Under the pieces are notes generated by a model. That model was not told the origin of the DNA and did not search any database. It saw only the letters and a program-made list of their open reading frames with translations. The position numbers were made by a program, and so were the translations under genes. From Laetmonice hystrix (taxonomy: Eukaryota), in contig OZ249436.1 in assembly GCA_965235115.1 (NCBI GenBank), forward strand, positions 1,490,001-1,554,000: 64,000 nucleotides of DNA, read 5' to 3'. This document shows, one piece after another, positions 18,126 to 29,398 of this stretch (positions are counted from its first letter, which is position 1; every line of letters begins with the position of its first letter).

Positions 18126-20114
18126 ATGTGGACAAGAAAGCTGAGGGTAGCAGCTGGTGTTGTGGCCAGGTATCGCAGTCAGTCAAGTGTTACAGTCAGG
18201 CAGCCACGTTTAGCAGCAAGTTATGTATCAGTACAACACATTTCAACCAGTTCACGTCAGTGCAGTGCTGAAACACCTTCCAGAAAACCTGAAATATTGC
18301 GAGCTTTGTGGCCTCAAGCCACATTTAACATAGACAAAATGACTGGGCTGTTAGACCACGACAACCATGCCATGCGTAAAGAATTTCGCGCTTTCATGAG
18401 TGATCCGGTGATGACTCCTAAATACAATATCTCTTTGTCTGAGGAACGAGACATTGCATTGACAAGACTTAAACGCATCTGTGATGGCGGTTTCATCTCT
18501 GTTCTTGATTTTCGAAACAACCCCCTGAGGATATTTGCAGCGCATGAGTTGGCAAGTATCATTGATCCAGCAATGACCACCAAGATGACGGTGCAGTTCA
18601 ACTTGTTTGGTGGGACTGTCCTGAAACTTGGCACTGAGCGCCACCACGAGAAACTTTTGAAGGGTATTGACACACTGGATGATGTTGGATGTTTTGGATT
18701 AACAGAATTAGGCTATGGAAACAATGCAGTCGAGATGGAGACTACAGCTGTCTATGACAAGGATTCGCAAGAGTTCATCGTCAACACTCCGTCTGTGATA
18801 GCCCAGAAGTACTGGATCACAAATGGAGCAGTTCACGCCAAGCACTGCGTGGTATTTGCTCAGCTGATGGTTGCCGAGCAGAACCATGGAATCCACGGAA
18901 TCCTTGTGAGGATTCGAGATGATGACATGAAGACCATGCCAGGGGTGACCGTGGAGGACATGGGCTACAAGATGGGTCTGAACGGAGTCGACAACGCCAA
19001 GCTGAGCTTTGACAACATCAGGGTCCCAAGGGAGAACCTTCTCAACCGGTACTCGGATGTAAATGATGCCGGTGAATTTACAACATCCATCAAAAGTAAC
19101 AGGGCTCGCTTCCTGACGGTGGCAGACCAGTTACTGTCCGGAAGGATCTGCATTGCCAGTATGTCACAAGGTGGGGCTAAGGCATCGTTGGCCATTGCTA
19201 TTCGATACGCAGCATCAAGGTTGACGGTAGGACCAACTGGGAAGTCTGACACACCGATCATGAGTTACCAGCTCCAGCAACGAGCCCTACTGCCTCTTCT
19301 TGCGCGGACATATGCAATAAACTTTGGGTTAGATTATGTGAAGGATCGCTGGGCTTTTCAGGCTGAGGACGGATCAGGCCACCCAGAGGTGGTTACCATG
19401 TGCTGTGTTATCAAACCGCTTGCCTCTTGGAACCTAGAGGAGGTGGCAACAGTGTCCCGTGAGCGATGTGGAGGGCAGGGATACCTTTCCTGCAACCGTT
19501 TTGGTCATTTCCTCGGCTTAGCTCATGCTGCAATGACAGCTGAGGGTGACAACAGTGTCCTCATGCAAAAAGTGGCCAAGGAACGACTGGCAGTTTTCAG
19601 GCCAGCCGCTCCAAAAGATCCTCCCCCCGCTGACCTGCTCAGCTTGGATTATCTGCAGTATCTCCTCCAGAAGCGTGAAGATGGCCTCTTCATGGAGCTT
19701 GGGATGAAGATGAAGGCGGCAGGGAAGGAAGCCATGTTCGATACGTGGATGTATGACTGCAGTGATCTTGTTCAAGCTGCGGCTCGTTCCTTTGGTGAGC
19801 GACTCATCAGCGACCGGTGTACGGCTAACACAACCAACGCAGACGAGTCCCTGCAGCACGTTCTTCAACAACTTCACCGTCTCTACGCCGTCAGTATTGT
19901 GGAGCGCCACCTGGCGTGGTTCATACTCAATGGAATCGTCCCTACAAGTGTTGCTGCTCAGGTTGAAGACACTGCAGCCCAGTTGTGTAAGGACATTGCG
20001 CCCCAAGCCCTGAGTCTCACGGAAGCCTTTGATATCACAGAAAACATGCTGTCGGCGCCAATTGCTCTTGATTGGGTCAAGTACAATGAATATGACAACC
20101 AAGGCGAAGTATAA
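18126..20114 (+). CDS. Acyl-CoA oxidase family flavoprotein (ACOX/ACOXL-like), single coding exon
   Basis: 662-aa ORF with [41 protein letters not shown] and TAEGDN (catalytic Glu position). A splice acceptor TTTTCTCTGTTGAAG ends at 18115, just before GCCATC-ATG. Confidence 0.93.
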   Translation: MWTRKLRVAAGVVARYRSQSSVTVRQPRLAASYVSVQHISTSSRQCSAETPSRKPEILRALWPQATFNIDKMTGLLDHDNHAMRKEFRAFMSDPVMTPKYNISLSEERDIALTRLKRICDGGFISVLDFRNNPLRIFAAHELASIIDPAMTTKMTVQFNLFGGTVLKLGTERHHEKLLKGIDTLDDVGCFGLTELGYGNNAVEMETTAVYDKDSQEFIVNTPSVIAQKYWITNGAVHAKHCVVFAQLMVAEQNHGIHGILVRIRDDDMKTMPGVTVEDMGYKMGLNGVDNAKLSFDNIRVPRENLLNRYSDVNDAGEFTTSIKSNRARFLTVADQLLSGRICIASMSQGGAKASLAIAIRYAASRLTVGPTGKSDTPIMSYQLQQRALLPLLARTYAINFGLDYVKDRWAFQAEDGSGHPEVVTMCCVIKPLASWNLEEVATVSRERCGGQGYLSCNRFGHFLGLAHAAMTAEGDNSVLMQKVAKERLAVFRPAAPKDPPPADLLSLDYLQYLLQKREDGLFMELGMKMKAAGKEAMFDTWMYDCSDLVQAAARSFGERLISDRCTANTTNADESLQHVLQQLHRLYAVSIVERHLAWFILNGIVPTSVAAQVEDTAAQLCKDIAPQALSLTEAFDITENMLSAPIALDWVKYNEYDNQGEV

Positions 20115-20659
20115 TGAGATCTTTCAGAAGTTAGAAATATGTAACAGACTGACAAAGTATGATGAGAACAGTTATATCTGGCCAATAGAGTTAAATTTAT
20201 GAGGACATTTAGAAATCTTCCAGAACAATTTAAGTTCAGTTGCCACAGATTATCCCCTTATGCTGTTAGTGTTTCTCTTACTTCTAAAACAAATTTAGAT
20301 ACTTAATTAAAGATATTTCCTAGTTTTAGTGTTTAAGCGGGAGTAGCAGATAGAATGCCTCATATGCTGTACATAGCGCTGTCTGATAAAAAGCTAACTT
20401 GAGAACGTATTGAATGTACGAATCCATGTTATACTTTATGAGGACATACCTGCCGGTAATTTTGCATGGCAGTAGTAAAGAAGACCACGGAGGAACTGAT
20501 GTACGTAACCAATGATATTGTTCCAAGTAAATATTTGTCTTGATCCTTGTTTTGATATACGTGTCAGTCAATTGTCATAATGTGACCAGGTCTGAGGGCT
20601 GAAATTAATCTGGATACAGTTCTTTAGACACATTAGTGTCTGATTAGTGGAGATTTCAA

Positions 20660-20960
20660 GTCAAATCCGCAAGGCGGTAGCACTGTGCAAGCAGTCCTTA
20701 CTGCAGTACGTTAGCATAAGTTTAGATAGGACGACGAAATGCTAATGTGCTGTAGGATGACCTAACCTTATCATTACTAAATAATATTAACTCATTTGGA
20801 CTAAAGTGAATGAAAGAAGTTTAAAAATCGTCATAACTTTTTAGAACAAATGTCGGTATGGCAACCAGCCACAGATTAGGAGATATCAGCCTATCTAATT
20901 CTATGCTAAAATGTCGCCTCCTGAACCGCTTGCACAGTGCTGCCGCCATGCGGAAAAAGC
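20660..20960. mobile_element. Diverged fold-back element, same family as 55170-55535
   Basis: TCCGCAAGGCGGTAGCACTGTGCAAGC..TTAGATAGG at the left is inverted as CCTATCTAA..GCTTGCACAGTGCTGCCGCCATGCGGA at the right. Confidence 0.6.
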
Positions 20961-21774
20961 GGCGACCATGTTCCCCATTGTGGTACATGTATACAGATGT
21001 GCGCAGTTTAATGATCCCCCCCCCCCCTCCAATTCTGCCCCCTCCCTCGTCAAAATCTTCCAAGAGCCATGTTTGCATTTTGAGGATCCCATTCGTCTAC
21101 TATTTAGTGGATTTCGGCTATTTTTTCCTTCAGAAATCGTCATTTCTGAGATAAATGCAGATCCGTTGAGTGCCGGGTGCAAATATACTTTCAGCTATTT
21201 TTTTAATTGGCTGTAATACTTGGCATGTGCATTTTCTGAAGACTGAAGCTCCCCCCCATCCCTTGAAATAAGATGGTTAGAAGTGTAGACGTAAATTTAT
21301 GTAAAATGGTCACACTCATACTTGGATTAAGAGCCTCCCTCCTCTGCCTCCTACACTCGTGCTTTACCATTCATGTTGTGAAGTCTGTCTTGGCTGATGT
21401 ACGCCTTGTCTTCATCTATAGACTGAGTGATAGCATTGTCGAGCAATTTTTATGTTTTAGGTTCCTATATTTCAGAGAAATTCCTATAAACTACATGAAC
21501 TTTATTTTTGGAAAAATTCTTATGAAAACCAAACTTCAAATGACACATGAGGATTAAGTGAAAATTGCTCATATTTTGAAACACCAAACTCGGTTTAAAA
21601 AATTATGAAAATACATTTCTTCATTTAAACTTTTGTAATTCTATATATTTTTAATGAATTTTTCTATACATGTTTGCATTTTGATATTTTAAACACTCCA
21701 GTGTTCTCGACACACTGCTGATGTTTCTGGATTAAAATGTTTATGTTCCAGAAGACAATTAGGCCACTCGCATC

Positions 21775-22956
21775 ATGAGTGAAAAGCTAGTGGACGAGAG
21801 GCTAAACCAAGCAATGGCCTACCTCGATAGTCTAACCCCTGGCCAATACAGTCCTGACCGTGTGGAGATGATGCGAGAAATCATGCAGTTTCTGAAGACA
21901 CACGGGGAAGAACGCATGAGTCAAATGGAGAACACAACGAACGCCTTAACAGTAAGCCTAGACAAGGTAGACATGAACCATCTCCTTGCTGTTGCGGATG
22001 CCTCCCCGACTGCAAAAAGTTATCTTATGGCAGGATATTGTTTTATGCAGGCTAGGGATCTTTTGGAAGGACCTGACGTAGCTGAGCCTTACACTGATGT
22101 TCGTGGACTGCATCTGATCGCCAAGGGACTAACTCATGAGAATTCGATGTTGGGTTTTGTTGAATGGAATGTCCCACATATGCAACGTTTCCTAGAGACA
22201 CACATAAAATTATGTCCAAATGATTATGCAGCACGCCTTGTACGACACCGCTTTTATTTAGGTGTTATGAAAGATGAAGACAAAATACGAGATCTAGAAA
22301 TCCTGGCTCATGATATGGAGTTGGATCAGTATGAAGACCAAGTAGACTTTGAGCAGGGCATGATGATCACCGTGTACTGGCATGTAGCAGCCATTTATGC
22401 CTTGACTGACCAGCACCAGAGAGCCATCGATACCTTTCAGAAGTGCCTTAAGCTAAACCCCAACGACTACGAATCAATATATGCCATTGCTTCCAACCTA
22501 ATACGTCTTAATCACCAGAACTGTCTACACATGAAAGACCAAATGGCCTACTATGATCCCGTAATCTTAGAAGAATCTGGAGCATTGTGCAAGAAGTACC
22601 TTTCCCTGGCCCCAAAATGTGCCAAGAAAGTTCCAGCAGCTCTTTATCAGCTGGCAGCTATATCCCTTATAAGAAACCGAAGAAGGGAATTTCTCTCATA
22701 CTACGAGGATGCTGTTGAGCAGGAGGCCATAGAGATGCCCTATGAGAGATACGCGACAACATTTTGGAAAGACTGTGGGGTAATGGGTTACAAAAAGATT
22801 CGTAAAGAGATCTGTTTTAACCCAACCTGTCCGGAAGAGGAATCGGTATCCGTCAAAATGTGCGCAGGCTGCCATGAAGCGGTCTACTGTGGCAGGATGT
22901 GTCAAAGCCAGCACCGACGTGTACACAAGAAACAATGTAAGAAGGTCCAGCGGTAA
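21775..22956 (+). CDS. TPR-like helical repeat plus C-terminal zf-MYND protein, paralogue A
   Basis: 393-aa ORF. TPR-like segment AIDTFQKCLKLNPNDYESIY. MYND pattern CFNPTC..CAGC..YCGRMCQSQH..HKKQC. Acceptor TTATGTTCCAG about 24 nt upstream of the ATG. Confidence 0.85.
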   Translation: MSEKLVDERLNQAMAYLDSLTPGQYSPDRVEMMREIMQFLKTHGEERMSQMENTTNALTVSLDKVDMNHLLAVADASPTAKSYLMAGYCFMQARDLLEGPDVAEPYTDVRGLHLIAKGLTHENSMLGFVEWNVPHMQRFLETHIKLCPNDYAARLVRHRFYLGVMKDEDKIRDLEILAHDMELDQYEDQVDFEQGMMITVYWHVAAIYALTDQHQRAIDTFQKCLKLNPNDYESIYAIASNLIRLNHQNCLHMKDQMAYYDPVILEESGALCKKYLSLAPKCAKKVPAALYQLAAISLIRNRRREFLSYYEDAVEQEAIEMPYERYATTFWKDCGVMGYKKIRKEICFNPTCPEEESVSVKMCAGCHEAVYCGRMCQSQHRRVHKKQCKKVQR

Positions 22957-23379
22957 ACGTGCCATGAACCAGTTGAACTGTTGGACCCCACTCCTCACGG
23001 AGAACTATACTGCGTCAATATGACTGTACACCCACGTGTGTATACTAAGATAAGACTGGGTTCACATACTCCTCTAAATCCTCGAAAATCATAAATCCTT
23101 TTTCCAATACCTGAAAGTCCTGGAAAAGCAGTCCAATCAGAGAAACTCCTGGGGGTTTTAAATGCCTTGGTGAATGCAAATGTTTTATTTTGGATGTTTT
23201 ATTTTGCAGATTGTACTTTGTTGTTAAAACAGGAAAAGTACTTGAGAATCACAAACTGGTTCTGTTCCACCCAAACGATATCATTTGAACTTATTTAACA
23301 AGGAACTGGCCTCATACCCGCCGAATGACTCATAATAACGGAGACTTTTGAGTGGCAACTTGGGACTCTTTTTGCCTCG

Positions 23380-23760
23380 CGAATTAGGGCGGCTCGCTGA
23401 AAGTCAACCTGTTTACAACCTGACTGTGACGTCATCACTTCTATCTTGTGTATTCTCGCACTCACGCCCCACGCGGAGGGGGGGGAGGGGGGAGGATTCC
23501 CCAACAGGTGCTTGTAAACAGACATTTGTCCACATTAGGCTACTTGCAGCAACGGTTGAACAGGCAACATGCCACGCACAGGGCACAACTTCAACTAAAA
23601 AACGCAGGAAACGTGAACGAGATATTAGTAGATTTCAGTATAGAATTTTTATCATTTTATTGCTGAGCGCATTTAGGCCTACAGGAGTTGTTTTAGTTGC
23701 GACCCAATGGCAATGTCAATGCCAGGCTTGCTGAGATCCTTCTACTAGGCAGGTGAGACT
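23380..23760 (+). promoter_or_regulatory. Probable promoter and non-coding first exon of MYND paralogue B
   Basis: CpG-rich patch, GC box GGGCGG, CRE palindrome TGACGTCA at 23427-23434, and donor CAG|GTGAGA at 23753 that could pair with the acceptor at 25289. Confidence 0.4.
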
Positions 23761-24107
23761 TTGGACGTTTTGTTCTTCCGATTTGAACATGGCATCAAGG
23801 TAAACCATTTAGTCGGTACTCATACTATAGGCCTAGTATTAAGAAGGGTCATCATATTATCAGTTACAGCTGTGAAAAGTATCGGCTGAGAACGTCAACT
23901 GACAGGTGTGCGTTACGTGACACCAGGAACTCCCCCTGTCCGTTTGTAGTCCCAGTTCAAATGGCGTCTAAGTGCGCAAGAAAAGGTTGACTGTGCACAA
24001 CTGACGAATTCATGTGTGACTATGTCCAGATTATCATCCTTTCTCAGCTAAAAGACAGGTATTACCACATCCTATGATATCGTTTCTGCTTGATGTTGAA
24101 AGCATTA

Positions 24108-24278
24108 AGGCTGGTTTATAGTCCGTCGGCTGACCATTGGCCGACTATTGCTCGACGTCAGGTCAAATTTCACGTAGACATAACTCTCAGCGATCGGTCG
24201 GCCGATGGCCGGATCGCTGAACTATAAAAGTCGAGCGATGGTCGGCCGATGGTTGGTCTATGGACTATAAACCGGCCT
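24108..24278. mobile_element. PIF/Harbinger-type MITE, TTA TSD
   Basis: TTA|AGGCTGGTTTATAGTCC ... GGACTATAAACCGGCCT|TTA; an empty-site homologue exists at 16652-16817. Confidence 0.85.
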
Positions 24279-24599
24279 TTAGTTTAGGGGGAAATATAGG
24301 AAAATTTTCAACATTGGATGGTAATATATTGTTTTAACAATATTAATCATAAAGATCATTAACCCGGTATTCTTGCATATAGTTTTGCTCTTCATCACAT
24401 CTATACAAAAAAAGACTTCGATCATACAACAAATATTATAGTACATGTACCTTTAGTCCTTGATAACTGCAGTTTTATTTCGAAAAAATCTACAGACCAT
24501 GTAAGGAGATTTCTCTTGATAAATACCAATATTGGCCTAAAGTAGATGACATTTCTACTGTAAGGTCACTTTATAAATTTAGACTTCCAAAGGTTTTAC

Positions 24600-24782
24600 C
24601 AGGGTTCCCACATTGGGTCTGAATTGTAAAGTTTCGGGACGTACTATATAGGGAACAATTCTGGGATTTTAGTCCATTTTGTTAATTTCATCCGGAATTT
24701 GTCATGAAATTTGGGAGTTTTGGTCTGGAAAAGTCATGGAGAAGGCATGAAATTTCAATATAGCGAACCTGTGGGAACCCTG
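24600..24782. mobile_element. Non-autonomous DNA transposon, CAGGG termini, 5-bp TSD (hAT5-like)
   Basis: TTTAC|CAGGGTTCCCACA ... TGTGGGAACCCTG|TTTAC, perfect 13-bp TIR. Confidence 0.8.
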
Positions 24783-25310
24783 TTTACGTTAATTCATACG
24801 ATATTCTCGAATTTAATGGTGCTGATAATGTTTTAAACTATTCCAATACGAAAAAGAAAGTTGAAACAATATTTTAATCAGGTGCGTCACCTAGATGTTC
24901 CGTTTTTGCAGGCAGCAAAATGTAAATTTAATACGGTTATGTTTTGTCATTCAAAGAAGAGGCGTCTGAAACCCAACCGTGCCCAGCCAATTTGCCACGA
25001 ATGACATTTTCTATGTAAAATGACCCAAGACCCCTAGAGCCGATTTCAGCAGCATACCTCCCTGGTCCTTGATCTGTCCCCAAACACTGGCCTTCCTGGT
25101 CTGAGTCTTGACAAAAATAAATCGCCATAGGTCTCGAAGAGAATGATTGTGTTTTATCTGTGCCCTCTCGTTTCCTGTGCCACTGATTTAATGTGTTATA
25201 TGTTCTGTCTCGGCTGACGCTTGCCATCCCTTTGTCCAGAGACAGAGTAGTGCCGTTGATGTTCCTTGATTAAAATGGTCCTGTTTCAGAACAACCAGCA
25301 AGGCTGTACC

Positions 25311-26483
25311 ATGAGTGAGAGACCAGAGAACGAAGGGCTGAACCAAGCAATGGCTTACCTCAACACTCTAACTCCTGACAAATGTAGTCCCGACGTTGTC
25401 GATATGATGCGAGATACGGTGACGTTTCTGAAGACATCCAGTGAAAGACGCATGAATCAAATGGAGAACACAGTAAATACCCTCAGACTAAACACAGGGA
25501 CAGTAGACATGAACCATCTCCTTGCTGTTGCGGATGCCTCCCCGACTGCACAAAGCTATATCATGGCAGGATATTGTTTTATGCAGGCTAGGGATCTTTT
25601 GGATGGACCTGACGTAGCTGAGCCTTACACTGATGTTCGGGGACTGCATCTGATCGCCGAGGGACTAACTCATGAGAATTCGATGATGACTTTTGTTGAA
25701 TGGAATGTCCCACATATGCAACGTTTCCTAGAGACACACATAGAATTATGTCCAAATGATTATGCAGCACGCCTTGTACAACACCGCTTTCATTTAGGTG
25801 TTATGAAAGATGAAGAGAAAATACGAGATCTAGAAATGCTGGCTCATGATATGGAGTTGGATCAGTATGATAGCCAAGGAGACTTTGAGCAGGGCGTGAT
25901 GATCACCTTGTACACCTTCCTAGCGTTCATTTATACCATGACCGACCAGCACCAGAGAGCTATCAACACCTTTGAGAAGTGCCTCAAGCTAAACCCCAAT
26001 GACTATGACTCCATATACGGCATCACTTTCAACCTATGCATCTCAAAATATGAAGATGGTGATACACTTGCAGCCCGCTATGATCCCGCAAGCCTGGAAG
26101 AGTCTGAAGCATTGTGCAAGAAGTATCTTTCACTGGCTCCGAAGTGTGCTAAGAAATTCCCTGCGGTTCTTTATCAGCTGGCGTACATATGTATCTTAAA
26201 GAATAGAAGAAGGGAATACCTTTCATACTACGAGGATGCTGTCGAGCAGGAAGCCTTGGAGATGCCGTACAACCGAAAAGTAGAAACTGCGTTTAAAACA
26301 TATGGCACGTTGAGTTACAAAATGATTCGTAAAGAGATCTGTTTTAACCCAACCTGTCCGGAAGAGGAATCGGTGCCCGTCAAAATGTGCACGGGCTGCC
26401 ATGAAGCGGTCTACTGTGGCAGGACGTGTCAAAGCCAGCACCGACGTGTACACAAGAAACAGTGTAAGAAGGCCCAGCGGTAA
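25311..26483 (+). CDS. TPR-like helical repeat plus C-terminal zf-MYND protein, paralogue B
   Basis: Colinear with paralogue A. The true start is probably ACC-ATG at 25311 (MSERPEN), after acceptor CTGTTTCAG at 25289; the ORF-track start at 25266 lies in the upstream intron. Confidence 0.85.
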   Translation: MSERPENEGLNQAMAYLNTLTPDKCSPDVVDMMRDTVTFLKTSSERRMNQMENTVNTLRLNTGTVDMNHLLAVADASPTAQSYIMAGYCFMQARDLLDGPDVAEPYTDVRGLHLIAEGLTHENSMMTFVEWNVPHMQRFLETHIELCPNDYAARLVQHRFHLGVMKDEEKIRDLEMLAHDMELDQYDSQGDFEQGVMITLYTFLAFIYTMTDQHQRAINTFEKCLKLNPNDYDSIYGITFNLCISKYEDGDTLAARYDPASLEESEALCKKYLSLAPKCAKKFPAVLYQLAYICILKNRRREYLSYYEDAVEQEALEMPYNRKVETAFKTYGTLSYKMIRKEICFNPTCPEEESVPVKMCTGCHEAVYCGRTCQSQHRRVHKKQCKKAQR

Positions 26484-27020
26484 ACGTGCCATGGACTGTT
26501 GGACCCCACTACTCACAGAGAAATATACTGCGTCAGTATGACTGTACACATACGTGTGTATACTAAGATAAGACAGATCACATACTCCTCCAAATCCTTG
26601 GAAATCATCCTTTTTCCAGTTTTTGATAATCCTGGAAAACCAAGCAGTTGAAAAAGTTTCTGAGAGATGGTATTTCTCAAGAGCTTTGGTGACTGTAGGC
26701 TTCTGATATAGCTATCTACTTCAAATAATTAATCAGTAATCTTCCAATCAACAAATAGAAGTACATTGTAATTAGGTATTTAGACTACAACCATTCTTTA
26801 CTCACTGTAAGAAATGTGCCGTGCCCATTGAGATCAAGTAATAAGTACCCGCTAGTCGATGCACCAACCAAAAGATAGAGAAGATCTCTGTTTCCTGAGC
26901 TGCCTAAAGAACTGCCGAATGCTTTTGTATTTTATATTTTATAGTAAAGCTCCTTGATAAATCCTGTGATAATAAAGATTTTTCTACTGTAACTGAGCAT
27001 AGTCATAGTTTACACCAAAA

Positions 27021-27240
27021 GGAGGCCACCATTAGATATTTAGGGGGGGGGGGGGGGCTGGGTGTTTTTGGAAATAATGTGTTATTAGTACCTGGAAATA
27101 AATGAGGTTCATATGAAATCAATAAAATTTTGCCATGAGGGCTGGAGAAAAATAAGAGGCAGTCCACTCTTTGAAATAAAAAAAAAATTCCAAGAAAAAA
27201 ACCAGCCCCCCCCCCTTTAAATATCTAATGGTCGCACACT
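27021..27240. mobile_element. Fold-back MITE
   Basis: ACCATTAGATATTTA-G-tract-CTGG ... CCAG-C-tract-TAAATATCTAATGGT inverted termini; TIR resembles that of 13617-13934. Confidence 0.7.
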
Positions 27241-27539
27241 AAGCAACACCCAACACTCGAAGCGTGGGACGTGGCGCCCCCTTGTGTCGATAAACAACAT
27301 TGCACACAGCAGTGGAATGAACGGCCAGTGTTGACGATTTTCAAGTCCCCCCACCCTTCCACCCGAATATATAGGTCCGAGGGACACGTAACCCCAGGGA
27401 TGGTAGTAGTCCTTCGTACTATATTATTGGGTCGATGTTATATCACTGAATGAACCCGATACCTTTTCCTGCCATGAAGGTATCGAAACTTTCAGAAACT
27501 TTTCATTGCTAAAGGAGCATGTATACGATAGACGGTTAA

Positions 27540-28054
27540 AGGAAATCTGTCCGAAAATGGAAATAAACGCAGTCAATTCAACAAAACTTGAGTAAAAACA
27601 ATTATTTTAAGGGGTTTCTAGCAGTCTGGTACCATGGCGCATCCATATCGACAATATTTTTAATTAATTAATTAAGCGTTTACCTGTTTGGCTAGAGACG
27701 AGAGCACGCGAATCAAATCATGCCCTTATTTGAATTATGGGGGGAGGGCGGGCGGAGCAGTGCGAGGCAACGCATGCGCCCAATCCCGTTGCTTAGTAAC
27801 GACCGCCCTTGCAATGCTAACGCGGTCATGGCGGTCGTTCTCGATTCTCAGTCCATTGAGGTGAAAAATATGGGATGCATGTATCGCCTCATTATGGCTC
27901 ATAATCAACAACAGACCTAGCACAACAATGTTATGGATACGACAGAATATTTTATCAGTCCAGTGGGATAGATTCAAGATCAGGTAAGCTTGAAATACGC
28001 GGATTCGTAGGAGATGGGGACAAAACTCAGCGGCCGTAGGGTGATCGATTACCT
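27540..28054. mobile_element. Possible degenerate Kolobok-type non-autonomous element
   Basis: TTAA|AGGAAATC ... GATTACCT|TTAA; short imperfect TIR. Confidence 0.4.
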
Positions 28055-28485
28055 TTAAATGTATCTGTTGTTTGTAGGACATCGATCTGCCCTCTCCCGC
28101 ATCTCTTTCCTTTTAATTCTTGCTAGTCTAGTTGTTTTCAATTTGAAGTATCAAATTCTTCTACATAACTGTTCTCTCTTTTTTTTAAATAAAAGTATTA
28201 GATGGGTTGTGAAATCGCATGCAGGTAAAATTTGCAATTCTATAGTCATGAAAGGATTGATGAAAACATGAAAACATGCCTTTGAAACAGCTGGACTCTG
28301 TCCAGAAATGTTTCCGTAACTAATTGTGTCACGCTAACATGTCCATCCAAACCTTCCAGAATCATGGACATCGCGTGACTCGACCTCGCAGGTCTGGACG
28401 TCCACCAATTGATCTGCATGGCATAATGTATTAGGCCAAACATTGCAGTGAACGAATGAGGGGTCCTTTTATCGCCATTTTTTAA

Positions 28486-28825
28486 AGGTGCTATTCGTGA
28501 AAAAAATTTCAATTTTTTTATTTTTAATTTTGTTGACGTTTATGTGATCCCACCTATCATGGAAATAGATTCACAACAAAGGAAGTCAAAATTTTTCATG
28601 GATAACGGCACAAATGGGGCTCTCTCAGAAGGCCTGTGGAGACCCTGACACGCCCCACCATAGGAAATGGCTCTATCTCGGTGCGCACCGAGATAGGTTT
28701 CAAATGCTGCACACAGACTAATAGAAGGTTCATCAGGCCAATGGTATCGGTAGGAATTTTTTCTAGTACTATGTGCACAATGTATGATAGGAAAAATGCC
28801 ATTCTGTGCGAGACGAATAGCACCT
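28486..28825. mobile_element. Kolobok-type non-autonomous DNA transposon, TTAA TSD
   Basis: TTAA|AGGTGCTATTCGT ... ACGAATAGCACCT|TTAA, perfect 13-bp TIR. Confidence 0.8.
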
Positions 28826-29242
28826 TTAAAAAGTTTTTTCTGACTTGACTACTGTTGGACCTATGTTTTTACCAGGATGTCTCTATTCCTTGTCGCCCCC
28901 CCCCCCTCCCCCATCACTACCACAATTTTAAAATTCTATATGAAATTCGCCCTTGCAGCAGTCTCGTAACAATTTGACGAGCTATCACGTAGAGTCAATA
29001 AGTTTGCCAGGAGCGGAGACATGCAGGGAGGTCAGAGGGCCAGGGCCCCAGTTTATCAGGAGCGGAGACATGCAAGAATTAAGGTCAGAGGGCCAGGGCC
29101 CCAGTTTTTGCATTTTCGCAGAGATTTCTGTAATGAACTTGATGGGCCTCCCTCGCCAGATTTCCCTATTGGAAACTTTCCTTTTCCCCCAGAATACTTG
29201 ATCTGCTTCTGCTGATCCAGGGCCTAAACAATCGGGTCATAA

Positions 29243-29398
29243 TAGTCTGAGAGCCAGCGTCCTAAAATTTTGGTTTTGTTGCACTCCCCTGGCAACATTG
29301 TACACCCTATTTTTTCTGAAAGTATGATATTTCAGGGGCAAAATGAGCCCGGGTGTTTCCATTTTTAAGGCCCTTTCTCAGCATGGGCTCCCAGACTA
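29243..29398. mobile_element. Small non-autonomous element with TAG termini and 3-bp TSD (Academ-like)
   Basis: TAA|TAGTCTGAGAGCC ... GGCTCCCAGACTA|TAA. Confidence 0.7.

Noticed and set aside
18314..20185. Antisense and off-frame ORFs within ACOX
   Set aside because: Shadows of the real 662-aa CDS.
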